From: Candidatus Rokuibacteriota bacterium
Lineage (GTDB): Bacteria; Methylomirabilota; Methylomirabilia; Rokubacteriales; CSP1-6
Direction of reading: 5' to 3'
Assembly (NCBI GenBank): GCA_003221655.1
Contig: QHSV01000236.1
Coordinates: 1,041 to 65,040 of the forward strand
DNA length: 64,000 nt
The translations under genes and the position numbers were made by a program. Positions within the stretch are counted from its first letter, which is position 1, and each line of letters starts with the position of its first letter. A model generated the notes under the pieces. The model made no database searches and was not told the DNA's origin. It saw only the letters and a program-made list of their open reading frames with translations. Shown here piece by piece: positions 10,420-20,791 of this stretch.

Positions 10420-11745
10420 TTAGCTGGTGGCGGGAAGGGTGAGGGGTGAGCGGCGCACACGCGCCTGCACGTCAGTGACGACGTCCCGCTCGAGCGTGAT
10501 CTCGACCTCGTGCTGCTCCACCGACCAGTGACTGACCGTCGCGAGCCACCCGAAGCGGCGTTGACGCTGGGGCACGACCCGACGCCCGCGGTAGACGACC
10601 GTGCGCCGATCAGGCGTGGCGAGCTGCTCGTGCTCTTCGGGGGCGCCACCGCCGAGCCGCAAGACCTCCTCGTATCGCGTCGTCCCCGGCACGATGCGTG
10701 CGAGTGTATCGCGCGAGAAGATGACGCCGGTCTGCCGCGCGGCGTCGCCGGGCCCAAACTGAACGCGACTCGCGAGCTGCGCGCCCGCCCGACGCGCGAT
10801 CATCATGAAGAGGGGCATCGCCAGGTTGCCGAGGGCGAAGAAGACGATCGGGATCAGGACCGGCGCCCAAGACCGCAGGCCCTTGAAGTAGCCGAACTGC
10901 ACCGTCAGGACCTGGGGACTGATGCCTTCGGAGCGGTCGAGGAAGAGCGAGATCTCCTCGGTCGAGTCGAGCGTCTCGCTGAGCCGGCGTCCCGCCGTGC
11001 GCGGGAAGATGTCGTAGATCTTGAGGTGCTCGGCGTCGCGAAAGTTTAGGACGAGCTGCGACGGGTCGTCGGCGAGACGGATGACACGGTCCCGATGCTC
11101 GAAATAGAGCGGGAACAGGGCGCGCGGCCGCACGTCGTTGAACGTGAGCGAGATCGCGTGGTGCGGGCCCCAAAACGCGTCCTCGATCCACGTCGCCGTG
11201 CGCCGCTTGACGAGGTCCGTCACCTGCATCCGGAGGTTCATCAGCCAGGTGCGGTTGGCGAGCAGGGGCGTCCAGGGGATCCGCACGTAGGTCACGGGCG
11301 ACGTGAGGCCGAGCGGGCCACCCAGGCGGATGATCGTCACGAACGGCGCGCCGCCGGCGACGGGCTCGGGCGGCAGCTCCTCGCCGATACGATAGAGACT
11401 CTGCGCGAAGAGCGGCAGGCGCCCCTCCTTGATCGGCGTGAACCCGCGCGCCGCGACGTACGCGGCGAGCGCCGCGTCGGGCGGCCCGTCCGCCGCGCTC
11501 GCGCCGACCGAATTCGGCCAGAGGAGATAGAGATCCTGCTGGATGGCGGCGGCGCTCCGGGTCGGCGGGATCACGAGGCTCCAGAGGACGTCCAGCGTGA
11601 CGGCGCTGAGCTCGGGCGTCACGGTCGCGCGCACGAAGAGCGGGCCGATCGTGAACTCGGGGTTCGGCCGCGAGGCGAGGAAGACCTGTCCTTCGGCGGC
11701 AACGGGGGCCACGAGCAGGAGCGCCGCGATCCAGACGCGGATCAC
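10420..11745 (-). CDS. Uncharacterised membrane protein, paralog 1 (signal peptide, ~280-aa N-terminal domain, one TM segment, ~115-aa C-terminal domain).
   Basis: 441 aa, GTG start 12 nt after the upstream stop. About 50% identical over its full length to the next gene. No recognised catalytic motif. Confidence 0.6.
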   Translation of the reverse strand: MIRVWIAALLLVAPVAAEGQVFLASRPNPEFTIGPLFVRATVTPELSAVTLDVLWSLVIPPTRSAAAIQQDLYLLWPNSVGASAADGPPDAALAAYVAARGFTPIKEGRLPLFAQSLYRIGEELPPEPVAGGAPFVTIIRLGGPLGLTSPVTYVRIPWTPLLANRTWLMNLRMQVTDLVKRRTATWIEDAFWGPHHAISLTFNDVRPRALFPLYFEHRDRVIRLADDPSQLVLNFRDAEHLKIYDIFPRTAGRRLSETLDSTEEISLFLDRSEGISPQVLTVQFGYFKGLRSWAPVLIPIVFFALGNLAMPLFMMIARRAGAQLASRVQFGPGDAARQTGVIFSRDTLARIVPGTTRYEEVLRLGGGAPEEHEQLATPDRRTVVYRGRRVVPQRQRRFGWLATVSHWSVEQHEVEITLERDVVTDVQARVRRSPLTLPATS

Positions 11746-11757
11746 CGGAGAGCTCTC

Positions 11758-13110
11758 TCAGGCCCGCCCCGGCTGGGTCAGGCGACTCCTGTGGACCTGG
11801 GCCTGGATGTCGCGGACTCTGTCGCCGTCGAGCTCGATCTCGACCTCATGGTGCTCGACGTCCCAGCGGTGCACGGTCGCGAGCCAGCCGAGCCGCCGTT
11901 GCCGGTAAGGCACGACACGCCGCCCGCGGTAGACGAGGGTACGGCGGCCCGGCGCGCTGAGACGCTCGCGCTCCTCCGGGTTGGGCCCGCAAAGGCTGAG
12001 GATCTCGTCGTACGTCGTCTCGCCCGGCGAGATGCGCGCGAGCGTCTCGCGCGGGACGACTGTCCCGGTATCGTGCCGGGCGGGAGCGCTACTGCGCGGC
12101 CCGAAGTGAATGCGTCCCTGGATCCGCGCGCCGACACCCTTGGCGAGGGTCGTGACCAGCGGCCCCGCGAGGTTGCCCAGGACGAAGAAGAGCGTGGCGA
12201 AGAGGACCGGCGCCCAGGCCTTCCAGCCCGTGAAGTATCCGAACTGCACCGACAAGACTTGAGGTCGAATTCCCTCGGACGGATCGAGATAGGCCGAGAC
12301 GATCTCCGTGGCCCGGCGGGTCTCGCTCGATCGCCGCTGGCTCGAGCCCGGATAGACCTCGTGGATTTTCAGGTGATCCGAGTCTGCGAAGTTGATGATG
12401 AGCTGGGAAGGATCGTCGGCGAGGTGGACGACGCGATCGCGATGGGCAAGGTACATCGGGAACGTCGCGCGCGTCCTGACGTCGTTGAAGCTCAGGGTGA
12501 TCACGTGACGCTCGCCCCAGAGGACGTTCTCCAGCCAGGTGGCTTGCTTCGGCCGCCGGAGAGTCGTCAGGCGCATCCGGAGCTCGACGAGCCACGTGCG
12601 ATCGACGAGCCGGGGCGTCCACGGGATCCGGATCCAGCTCGCCGGCGCGCCCTGGCCGAGCGGGCCGCCCTCTCGGGAGTAGGTGACGAACGGCGCGCCG
12701 CCATCAAGTGCCTCGGGTCGCGGGCGCTGGGGGCCTGAGTACACGGCCCGTGCCGAGAGCGGCAGTCGTCCTTCCCGCGTCACCTGGAATCCACGCGCCT
12801 CGACGGTGCGGCGGAGCTCGGGCTCGGGCGCGCCGGCAACGGCCTCGCCGTCCACCTCGCCGGGCCAGAGAAGGTAGAGGTCCTGCTCGCGCACACCGCC
12901 GCTGACGGTGGCCGGCACCACGACGCTGAAGAGCACGGTGACGTCGACCGGCCCGGCGGCGGGCCCGACGTTCGCCCGGACGAAGAGCGGGCCGATCGTG
13001 AACTCGGGCTTGGGGTGGGTCGCGATGAAGACCTGGGCCGTCCCGACTCCCGGACTCGCGCCGAGCAGGATGAGCAGGCCGATGAGGATGGTAAGCGGAC
13101 GACTATGCAA
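11758..13110 (-). CDS. Uncharacterised membrane protein, paralog 2 (same architecture as 10420-11745).
   Basis: Collinear homology with paralog 1 begins at a TTG at 13110 (LHSRPLTILIGLLILL...). The Ser/Arg-rich N-terminal extension of ORF 11758..13428 overlaps the SBP gene and is rejected. ~450 aa. Confidence 0.55.
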   Translation of the reverse strand: MHSRPLTILIGLLILLGASPGVGTAQVFIATHPKPEFTIGPLFVRANVGPAAGPVDVTVLFSVVVPATVSGGVREQDLYLLWPGEVDGEAVAGAPEPELRRTVEARGFQVTREGRLPLSARAVYSGPQRPRPEALDGGAPFVTYSREGGPLGQGAPASWIRIPWTPRLVDRTWLVELRMRLTTLRRPKQATWLENVLWGERHVITLSFNDVRTRATFPMYLAHRDRVVHLADDPSQLIINFADSDHLKIHEVYPGSSQRRSSETRRATEIVSAYLDPSEGIRPQVLSVQFGYFTGWKAWAPVLFATLFFVLGNLAGPLVTTLAKGVGARIQGRIHFGPRSSAPARHDTGTVVPRETLARISPGETTYDEILSLCGPNPEERERLSAPGRRTLVYRGRRVVPYRQRRLGWLATVHRWDVEHHEVEIELDGDRVRDIQAQVHRSRLTQPGRA

Positions 13111-13126
13111 GCGACAATGACTCGCG

Positions 13127-14098
13127 CTACACCCGAACAGGCGTGAACTCCCGGGTGTAATGGTCGGCGAGGAGGAGCTTCTTCTTGATGAGGCCGTGCT
13201 CGAGGAGCGTCTCCTGCATGACCACGAGCGCCTCCACGTTGATCTGACCGTCGACGGGCAGCAACGGACCGGAGATCTTGTGGGCGCCGAGCACCGCCTC
13301 CGGGGTCCAGCCGAGCTTCTTGGACACGAGCTCCGCCGCGTCTCTCGGGTTCTCGCGCATGAGCTTGAGCGCACGGAAGAGCGCTCGCTGGCTCTTCCGG
13401 ATCGCGTCGGTCTGCTTGACGATCGCATCCTCGGACGCGTACTGGATCTGACTGATCCACTTCGGCGTCACCGAGTCCAGGCGCAGGAGGACCTTGGACT
13501 TGCCCTGGAGCTCGGTCACCGCTCCGCCGTCGCCCCAGACGTAGGCGGTGATCTCCTTGCGGGCCATGGCCGCGAGCTGTGCGTCGAGGCCGCCGAGGCC
13601 GACAACCTGGACGTCCTTGTCCGGGTCCCAGCCTTCCTTCTTGGCGAGCATGCGAGCGAAGACCCACGTCGTGGCGCCCACGCGGGTGACACCGATCACC
13701 TTGCCCTTCAGGTCGCCGACCCGCTGGACGTCCAGCGCGACGTTCAGCGTGAAGTGGTTGCCCTCGGTGTGCGTCGCGATCATCTTGATCGGCGAGCCGG
13801 CCTCGCGGAAGACGAGAATGTCGGTGCTGCCGGTGATCCCGACGAGACACTCGCCGGCCATCACCGCCTTGAGAAGATCCGGGCCGCCGCGAAACGGCAC
13901 GAACTCGGCAGCGAGCCCCTCGGACTTGAAGAAGCCCCGCTCGAGGGCGACGATGACCGGGCCCGCCATCGAGTAGTCGCCGAGCACCGCCGTCCCGATC
14001 TTGACCGCGGTCTGCGCGCGGGCCGCGCGCGTCAGGACGGGGGTCGTCGTCGCGGCGAGGGCACCGGCGACGAACCGGCGGCGTGTGGTCACGGTCAT
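13127..14098 (-). CDS. ABC-type substrate-binding protein, NMT1/THI5/SsuA-like (sulfonate/nitrate/taurine family), Tat signal.
   Basis: ATG at 14098 preceded by AAGGAGG. TRRRFVAG twin-arginine motif with an AxA cleavage site. NMT1-like periplasmic binding fold sequence. Confidence 0.8.
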   Translation of the reverse strand: MTVTTRRRFVAGALAATTTPVLTRAARAQTAVKIGTAVLGDYSMAGPVIVALERGFFKSEGLAAEFVPFRGGPDLLKAVMAGECLVGITGSTDILVFREAGSPIKMIATHTEGNHFTLNVALDVQRVGDLKGKVIGVTRVGATTWVFARMLAKKEGWDPDKDVQVVGLGGLDAQLAAMARKEITAYVWGDGGAVTELQGKSKVLLRLDSVTPKWISQIQYASEDAIVKQTDAIRKSQRALFRALKLMRENPRDAAELVSKKLGWTPEAVLGAHKISGPLLPVDGQINVEALVVMQETLLEHGLIKKKLLLADHYTREFTPVRV

Positions 14099-14242
14099 GG
14101 ACGGGGCCTCCTTATCAGTCACAGGCGCCCCTCGCGCTTCGCGCTGCGGCGGCGCACATCCGGGCGGCCTTGACTTTCACACGACACGCGGTGATCGTAC
14201 AACTTCGTGAGCGGCGTCCACAATCTCACCGAGCGGACCTAG

Positions 14243-15028
14243 ATGACCGAGGCGCTCGTCACCTACGAAGCCAGGGACGGAGTCGGCTGGATCACGCTCA
14301 ACCGGCCGAACGTCCTGAACGCGCTGTCCACCGAGCTCGCCGCCGCGCTCGCCGATCACGCCGCGACCGCCGCGACCGACGCCCGCGTCGCGCAGGTGGT
14401 CGTGCGCGGGGCCGGCCGGGCGTTCTGCTCGGGCATGGACCGGACCGCGCTCGCGGCGGGGTCGATCGGCGAGGCGTTCTATCGGCACTGGAACCGCGCG
14501 CTCGACCGCCTGGAGGACATGCCGAAGCTCACGGTCGCCGTCCTGCATGGCTACTCGATCGGTGGCGGCCTGCAGCTGGCGCTCGCGTGCGATCTCCGTT
14601 TGGTCACCGACGACGCCATCCTCGGCCTCGGCGCGACCCGCCACGGCCTCGTTCCCGACGGCGCAGTGCTACGCCTGGCGCGCGTCGTCGGCGTGGGGCG
14701 CGCCAAGGAGCTGGCGCTCCTGAACGACCACGTGAGCCCCGCCGAGGCGCGCGCCATCGGCCTCGTCAACTGGGTGTGTCCGCGCGCCGACCTCGACCGG
14801 GCGCTCGCGACTGTCATCGGGAAGGCGCGCGGCGCCTCTCCCACCGCGACCGCCCACACCAAGCGACTGCTCCACGACTCGTTCCACCGCGACCCGCGCG
14901 GGCTGATCGAGGAGGTGCTGAGGGCGCAGCGCGAGTGCGTGGCGTCGTGGGAGATGGACGAGTCCAACCGTGCGTGGAAGGAGAAGCGGGAGGCGCGCTT
15001 CTATCCGCCGGCCGGCTTGCCCTCCTGA
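14243..15028 (+). CDS. Enoyl-CoA hydratase/isomerase (crotonase family).
   Basis: 261 aa. Crotonase fold motifs (ITLNRPNVLNAL, GGGLQLALACD). Confidence 0.85.
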   Translation: MTEALVTYEARDGVGWITLNRPNVLNALSTELAAALADHAATAATDARVAQVVVRGAGRAFCSGMDRTALAAGSIGEAFYRHWNRALDRLEDMPKLTVAVLHGYSIGGGLQLALACDLRLVTDDAILGLGATRHGLVPDGAVLRLARVVGVGRAKELALLNDHVSPAEARAIGLVNWVCPRADLDRALATVIGKARGASPTATAHTKRLLHDSFHRDPRGLIEEVLRAQRECVASWEMDESNRAWKEKREARFYPPAGLPS

Positions 15029-15029
15029 G

Positions 15030-15785
15030 ATGGCCGACGACGTCATTCTGGAAACCGAGGGGCTCACCAAGGAGTTTCGCGGCTTCGTCGCGGTGAAGGA
15101 CGTGAGGCTGCGCGTGCGCCGTGGGACGATCCACGCGCTCATCGGCCCCAACGGCGCCGGCAAGACTACCTGCTTCAATCTCCTGACCCATTTCCTGGCA
15201 CCCACCCGCGGGCGCATCCGCTTCAAGGGTCGCGAGATCACCGGCTCCCGGCCCGCGGACATCGCCCGGCTGGGTCTCGTGCGCTCGTTCCAGATCTCGG
15301 CCGTGTTCCCCCACCTCTCGGTACTGGAGAACGTGCGCGTCGCGCTCCAGCGCACGCGCGGCGCGTCGTTCGACTTCTGGCGGTCGGAGCGAGTGCTCGA
15401 CGGCCTGAACGGCCGCGCGGTCGAGCTGATCGAGGCGGTGGGCCTCGCAGCGTTCGCGCGCACGCCCGCCGTGGAGCTGCCGTACGGGCGCAAGCGCGCC
15501 CTGGAGATCGCGACGACGCTGGCGCTCGAACCGGAGATGATGTTGCTCGACGAGCCGACCGCCGGGATGGCCCACGACGACGTGGAGCGCATCTCGGCGC
15601 TGATCAAGCGCGTGGCGGCGAACCGCACGGTCCTGATGGTCGAGCACAACCTCAGCGTGGTCGAGAATCTCTCGGACATCATCACGGTCCTGGCGCGGGG
15701 CGAAGTCCTCGCGGAGGGCGACTACCGGAGCGTGTCGCGGAACCAGGACGTGATCCAGGCCTACATGGGCTCGGGCCATGCCTGA
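15030..15785 (+). CDS. livG: ABC ATP-binding protein, LivG-type (HAAT family).
   Basis: ATG two nt after the upstream stop. Walker A GPNGAGKTT. LivG-like sequence. Confidence 0.85.
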   Translation: MADDVILETEGLTKEFRGFVAVKDVRLRVRRGTIHALIGPNGAGKTTCFNLLTHFLAPTRGRIRFKGREITGSRPADIARLGLVRSFQISAVFPHLSVLENVRVALQRTRGASFDFWRSERVLDGLNGRAVELIEAVGLAAFARTPAVELPYGRKRALEIATTLALEPEMMLLDEPTAGMAHDDVERISALIKRVAANRTVLMVEHNLSVVENLSDIITVLARGEVLAEGDYRSVSRNQDVIQAYMGSGHA

Positions 15786-16482
15786 GCCGCTGCTCGAGGT
15801 TCGCGACCTCCACGCCTGGTACGGCGAGTCCCACATTCTGCACGGCGTCGATTTCGAGATCGGCCCGGGCGAGATGGTGACGCTCCTGGGCCGCAACGGC
15901 GCCGGCAAGACGACGACGCTCAAATCGATCATGGGCATCGTCGGCCGGCGGCGGGGCTCCATCCGCTTCGAGGGCCGCGAGCTCATCGATCTCCCGTCCA
16001 ACCGTATCGCGCGGCTCGGGCTTGCGTTCTGCCCGGAGGAGCGCGGCATCTTCGCGAGCCTCACCGTCGAGGAGAATCTCTTGCTCCCGCCGGTGGTCCG
16101 GCCCGGCGGGCTCGGGGTCGACGCGATCTACGGGCTCTTCCCCAACCTCCGGGAGCGGCTCCGGGCGGGCGGCACGACGCTGTCGGGTGGCGAGCAGCAG
16201 ATGCTGGCGATCGGCCGCATCCTGCGAACCGGCGCCCGGCTCCTGCTGCTCGACGAGCCGACCGAGGGGCTGGCCCCGGTGATCGTCCAGCAGATCGGTG
16301 TCACGCTCCGGCGGCTCAAGAGCGAAGGATTCACCGTCCTCCTCGTCGAGCAGAACTTCCGCTTCGCCGCGACCGTCGCCGACCGTCACTACGTGATGGA
16401 GCACGGCCGGGTGGTGGACATGATTCCGAACGGAGAGCTCGACGCCAACATGAACAAGCTCCATGACTACCTCGGGGTATAG
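15778..16482 (+). CDS. livF: ABC ATP-binding protein, LivF-type (HAAT family).
   Basis: 234 aa. Walker A GRNGAGKTT. Signature LSGGEQQMLAIGR. Confidence 0.85.
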   Translation: MPEPLLEVRDLHAWYGESHILHGVDFEIGPGEMVTLLGRNGAGKTTTLKSIMGIVGRRRGSIRFEGRELIDLPSNRIARLGLAFCPEERGIFASLTVEENLLLPPVVRPGGLGVDAIYGLFPNLRERLRAGGTTLSGGEQQMLAIGRILRTGARLLLLDEPTEGLAPVIVQQIGVTLRRLKSEGFTVLLVEQNFRFAATVADRHYVMEHGRVVDMIPNGELDANMNKLHDYLGV

Positions 16483-16524
16483 TGCCGGCGGACGACCAAC
16501 ATCTGTCGCGAAGGAGCGCAGCGC

Positions 16525-17736
16525 ATGACCATCGCACGCATCGTCGCACTCATCGGCGTTCTGGCCCTGGCCTCGAGCCCGGCCCGCGCCCAGATTTCCG
16601 ACGGCGTCGTCAAGATCGGGGTCCTCAACGACCAGTCGAGCCTCTACGCCGACCTGGCCGGCCAGGGCTCGGTGGTGGCGGCGCGGATGGCGGTCGAGGA
16701 CTACGGGGCCGCCGCAAAGGGCCTGAAGGTCGAGATCGTGTTCGCGGATCACCAGAACAAGGCCGACGTCGGCTCCCAGCTCGCCCGCCAGTGGTACGAC
16801 GCCGAGAAGGTGGACCTCATCCTCGACGTCCCCAACTCCGGCGTCGCGCTCGCCGTCAACCAGATCACCCGCGACAAGGGCAAGGCGTTCATCGTTTCCT
16901 CTGCGGCGTCGTCCGACCTCACCGGCAAGGCGTGCTCGCCCAACACGATCCACTGGACGTACGACACGTGGGCGCTCGCGAACGGCACCGGCAACGCGGT
17001 CGTGAAGACCGGCGGCGACACCTGGTTCTTTATGACCGCCGACTACGCGTTCGGCCACGCGCTCGAGCGCGATGTCGAGGCGGTCGTGCTCAAGAACGGC
17101 GGCAAGGTCCTGGGCAAGGTCCGGCACCCGCTCAACACCCAGGACTTCTCGTCGTTCCTGCTCCAGGCGCAGGCCTCGAAGGCCAAGATCATCGGCCTGG
17201 CCAACGCCGGCGGCGACACCACCAACGCCATCAAGCAGGGCGCCGAGTTCGGCATCGTGAAGGGCGGCCAGAAGTTCGCAGGTCTCCTGGTCTTCCTCAC
17301 CGACGTGCACGCGCTCGGCCTCGAGAAAGCCCAGGGGCTGACCTTCACCGAGACCTTCTACTGGGATCTCAACGAGAAAACGCGCGCGTTCGCGAAGCGG
17401 TTCGCCGAGCGCAATCGGGGGATCCATCCGACGATGATCCACGCCGGCGTCTACGCCGGGACGCTGCACTACCTCAAGGCCGTCGAGGCGCTCAAGAGCG
17501 ACGAAGGCGCCAAGGTCATCGCCAAGATGAAGGAGCTACCGACGGACGACCCGCTCTTCGGCAAGGGGACTATCCGCGTCGACGGCCGCAAGATCCATCC
17601 AGCGTACCTCGTCGAGGTGAAGAAGCCGGCCGAGTCGAAGTACCCGTGGGACTACTACAAGATCCAGGCGACCATCCCGGCCGAGCAGGCGTTCCGGCCG
17701 CTCGACCAGGGAGGGTGCGAGCTCGTCAAGAAATAG
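16525..17736 (+). CDS. Periplasmic substrate-binding protein, LivK/Leu-Ile-Val-binding-protein family (type I PBP).
   Basis: 403 aa with an N-terminal signal peptide. Type I periplasmic-binding-fold sequence. Confidence 0.8.
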   Translation: MTIARIVALIGVLALASSPARAQISDGVVKIGVLNDQSSLYADLAGQGSVVAARMAVEDYGAAAKGLKVEIVFADHQNKADVGSQLARQWYDAEKVDLILDVPNSGVALAVNQITRDKGKAFIVSSAASSDLTGKACSPNTIHWTYDTWALANGTGNAVVKTGGDTWFFMTADYAFGHALERDVEAVVLKNGGKVLGKVRHPLNTQDFSSFLLQAQASKAKIIGLANAGGDTTNAIKQGAEFGIVKGGQKFAGLLVFLTDVHALGLEKAQGLTFTETFYWDLNEKTRAFAKRFAERNRGIHPTMIHAGVYAGTLHYLKAVEALKSDEGAKVIAKMKELPTDDPLFGKGTIRVDGRKIHPAYLVEVKKPAESKYPWDYYKIQATIPAEQAFRPLDQGGCELVKK

Positions 17737-17878
17737 GCGCGGTGCGGCGGACGCGGGGCGGGGGCCAGGGGCGGCGAGGGGTGCTGCGACCACGCGGCAC
17801 GCGTGCGCATGGCCCTGCGCGGCTGGGCTCCATCCGGGCGCGGCCCACCCCGCGTCCGTCGGTGCGACACGCCTCGGC

Positions 17879-18763
17879 ATGACGATTTTGGGGGTGCCGA
17901 CGCAGGCGCTGTTCGGTCAGCTGCTGATCGGACTCATCAACGGCGCGTTCTACGCGCTGTTGAGCCTCGGGCTCTCGGTCATCTTCGGCCTGCTCAACAT
18001 CATCAATTTCACCCACGGCGCCCAGTACATGATGGGCGCGTTCGTGGCGTACTTCCTCTTGCAGTGGGCGGGGCTCGGCTACTGGTGGGCGCTCCTCATC
18101 GCGCCGGTCGTCGTGGGCATCACCGGCATCGTGCTCGAGCGCACGATGCTCAAACGCCTCTATCAACTCGATCACCTCTACGGCCTCCTGCTGACGTTCG
18201 GTTTCGCCCTGATCATCCAGGGGCTGTTTCGCCACGAATACGGCTCGTCGGGATTACCCTATTCGATGCCGCGCGAGCTCGCCGGTGGCCAGAATCTCGG
18301 CTTCATGTTCCTGCCCAACTACCGGGCCTGGGTCATCGTGTTCTCGCTCGCGGTCTGCCTCACGACCTGGTACGTGATCGAGCGGACGCGCCTCGGCTCG
18401 TACCTGCGCGCCGCGACCGAAAACCCGGCGCTCGTGCAAGCGTTCGGGATCAACGTGCCCCGGATGATCACGCTGACCTACGGGTTCGGCGTCGGCCTCG
18501 CCGCGCTGGCGGGCGTGCTCGCGGCGCCGATCTATCAGGTGAACCCGCTCATGGGCGCCGACCTCATCATCGTCGTCTTCGCGGTGGTCGTGATCGGCGG
18601 CCTGGGTTCGATCATGGGCTCGATCGTGACGGGCTTCGCCCTCGGAGTGGTCGAGGGCTTCACCAAGGTCTTCTACCCCGAAGCGTCGAACACGGTGATC
18701 TTCGTCATCATGGCGCTCGTGCTCCTGGTGAGGCCCAGCGGCCTCTTCGGGCGGGCCTCGTGA
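17879..18763 (+). CDS. livH: ABC permease, LivH-type.
   Basis: 294 aa. Typical LivH N-terminus (GLINGAFYALLSLGLSVIFG). Confidence 0.85.
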   Translation: MTILGVPTQALFGQLLIGLINGAFYALLSLGLSVIFGLLNIINFTHGAQYMMGAFVAYFLLQWAGLGYWWALLIAPVVVGITGIVLERTMLKRLYQLDHLYGLLLTFGFALIIQGLFRHEYGSSGLPYSMPRELAGGQNLGFMFLPNYRAWVIVFSLAVCLTTWYVIERTRLGSYLRAATENPALVQAFGINVPRMITLTYGFGVGLAALAGVLAAPIYQVNPLMGADLIIVVFAVVVIGGLGSIMGSIVTGFALGVVEGFTKVFYPEASNTVIFVIMALVLLVRPSGLFGRAS

Positions 18764-19737
18764 CGGCGACGGCCAACGAATACGTCGGGGCAGCCGCCCC
18801 GGCGGAGACGGGAGTGCCGATCCCCCAGGTGGTCGCCTTCGGGGTGATGACGACCATCCTCGTGGCGGCGCCGTTCCTCGTGTACCCGGTGTTTCTCATG
18901 AAGGCGCTGTGCTTCGCTCTCTTCGCCTGCGCCTTCAACCTCCTCATCGGCTACGTCGGGCTCCTCTCGTTCGGCCACGCCGCCTTCCTCGGCGCGGCGG
19001 GCTACGGCGCGGCGCACTCCGCGAAGGCCTGGGGGTTCCCACCGGAGCTGGCGATCCTCTTCGGCACCGCGGTGGCGGCTGCGCTCGGCGTCGTCATCGG
19101 CGCCCTGGCGATCCGCAGCAAGGGCATTTACTTCGCGAACATCACACTGGCGTTCGCGCAGATGGTCTACTTTTTCAGCGTGCAGGCCGGGTTCACCGGG
19201 GGCGAAGACGGCATCCAGTCGGTCCCGCGCGGCACCCTCCTCGGGGTGCTGAACCTGAACGAGACGCTGACGCTCTACTTCGTCGTGCTCGCCATTTTTC
19301 TCGCCGGGTTCCTCCTGATCTACCGCGCGATCCACTCGCCGTTCGGTCAGGTGCTGAAGGCGATCCGGGAGAACGAGCCGCGCGCCGTCTCGCTCGGGTA
19401 CCGCGCCGAGCGGTACAAGCTTCTCGCGTTCGTGCTCTCGGCGACGTTCGCCGGCCTCGCCGGGGCGACGAAGGCTCTCGTCTTCCAGCTCGCGTCTCTC
19501 ACCGACGTCCACTGGACGATGTCGGGCGAGGTGGTGCTCATGACGCTGCTGGGCGGGCTCGGCACGGTGTTCGGGCCGGTGGTCGGCGCGTTCATCGTGA
19601 TGGCGCTGGAGAACTATCTGTCGCAGCTCGGCGCGTGGGTCACCGTCGTCCAGGGCGTGATCTTCGTCGTCTGCGTGCTGACTTTCCGTCGCGGTGTCAT
19701 CGGCGAGCTCGGAAACCTCCTGCGAAAATCGCTCTAG
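18760..19737 (+). CDS. livM: ABC permease, LivM-type.
   Basis: GTG overlaps the livH stop (GTGA). ~325 aa. LivM-like TM protein. The upstream part of ORF 17803..19737 is rejected. Confidence 0.8.
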   Translation: MTATANEYVGAAAPAETGVPIPQVVAFGVMTTILVAAPFLVYPVFLMKALCFALFACAFNLLIGYVGLLSFGHAAFLGAAGYGAAHSAKAWGFPPELAILFGTAVAAALGVVIGALAIRSKGIYFANITLAFAQMVYFFSVQAGFTGGEDGIQSVPRGTLLGVLNLNETLTLYFVVLAIFLAGFLLIYRAIHSPFGQVLKAIRENEPRAVSLGYRAERYKLLAFVLSATFAGLAGATKALVFQLASLTDVHWTMSGEVVLMTLLGGLGTVFGPVVGAFIVMALENYLSQLGAWVTVVQGVIFVVCVLTFRRGVIGELGNLLRKSL

Positions 19738-19753
19738 CGGGTCGGAGGGCCCC

Positions 19754-20554
19754 ATGGCGTACACGGACATCCTCTACGAGCAGCAGAGCGGCGTCGCCTG
19801 GATCACGATCAACCGGCCCGAGGTTCGCAATGCCTTCCGCACGACGACCGTGGCGGAGCTGACCGACGCGTTCCTGGACGCGCGCTGGGACCCGGCCGTC
19901 GGGGTCGTCGTGCTCACCGGCGCCGGCGACAAGGCCTTCTGCGCAGGCGGCGACCAGAAGGAGCGAGGCGAGGGCGGGTACGCCCCGGGTGCAGCGGGCG
20001 CGACCGGCCAGCGTCCGATGGACGTCGAGGCCCTGCACAGCTCCATCCGCCACATCCCGAAGCCGGTCATCGCGATGGTCAACGGGTTCGCGATCGGCGG
20101 CGGCAACGTCCTGCACCTGCTCTGCGACCTCTCGATCGCCTCCGAGAACGCCGTCTTCGGCCAGACCGGGCCGCGTGTCGGTAGTGTCGACGCGGGCCAC
20201 GGCACCGGATTCCTCGCCCGCGTCGTCGGCGAGAAGAAGGCGCGGGAGATCTGGTACCTCTGCCGCCAGTACTCGGCGCAGGAGGCTCTCGAGATGGGTC
20301 TCGTCAACCGGGTGGTGCCGCTCAGAGAGCTCCGCGCCGAAGTCGAGAAATGGTGCACCGAGCTCCTCGACAAGAGCCCGACGGCGCTCGCGCTCGCCAA
20401 GCAGTCGTTCAACATCGACTCCGAGCAGCGGGCCGGTGTGGCGCAGTTCGCCCACACCGCGCTCGGCCTCTACTACCAGACGGCGGAGGCGATGGAGGGC
20501 CGGAACGCGTTCGTCGAGAAGCGGCCGGTCGACTTTCAGAAGTTCCGGAAATGA
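19754..20554 (+). CDS. MenB-like crotonase (1,4-dihydroxy-2-naphthoyl-CoA synthase / BadI-type 2-ketocyclohexanecarboxyl-CoA hydrolase subfamily).
   Basis: ATG preceded by GGAGGG. Sequence [24 protein letters not shown] is closely MenB/BadI-like. Confidence 0.75.
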   Translation: MAYTDILYEQQSGVAWITINRPEVRNAFRTTTVAELTDAFLDARWDPAVGVVVLTGAGDKAFCAGGDQKERGEGGYAPGAAGATGQRPMDVEALHSSIRHIPKPVIAMVNGFAIGGGNVLHLLCDLSIASENAVFGQTGPRVGSVDAGHGTGFLARVVGEKKAREIWYLCRQYSAQEALEMGLVNRVVPLRELRAEVEKWCTELLDKSPTALALAKQSFNIDSEQRAGVAQFAHTALGLYYQTAEAMEGRNAFVEKRPVDFQKFRK

Positions 20555-20557
20555 CCG

Positions 20558-20576
20558 GCCCGGCGCATGGCCGGGC
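20558..20576 (+). terminator. Hairpin GCCCGGC-gcatg-GCCGGGC three nt after the stop of 19754-20554. Candidate terminator.
   Basis: 7-bp GC stem with a 5-nt loop, followed by a C/T-rich tract. Confidence 0.35.
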
Positions 20577-20755
20577 TCCTCTCCCGCTACTTCGGCTTCA
20601 CGGACCGCTCCGCGGATCTCGCGACCGAGATCCGCGCGCGCTTCACGACGTTCATGGTGATGGCCCGGCCTTCGCCGTTTACTTCTGCCTGCCCTTGATC
20701 GAGTCCGCGGCGAAGTAATCGGCGTTCCGTAAGTCCCCGTTATCCTGGTCAATTT

Positions 20756-20784
20756 CTTGACACAGCCACCGGGCTTGGCTAGAC
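20756..20784 (+). promoter_or_regulatory. Sigma-70-like promoter TTGACA-N17-TAGACT.
   Basis: Perfect -35 and near-consensus -10 with 17-bp spacing, about 110 bp upstream of the TTG start at 20897. The predicted transcript leader would include the repeat element at 20792-20846. Confidence 0.45.
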
Positions 20785-20791
20785 TCTCGCC

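Noticed and set aside
14123-14242. A divergent intergenic region with a TTGACT hexamer and short inverted repeats (CACGA...TCGTG) as an operator or promoter.
   Set aside because: The matches are short and of low information. They are plausible but not strong enough to call.
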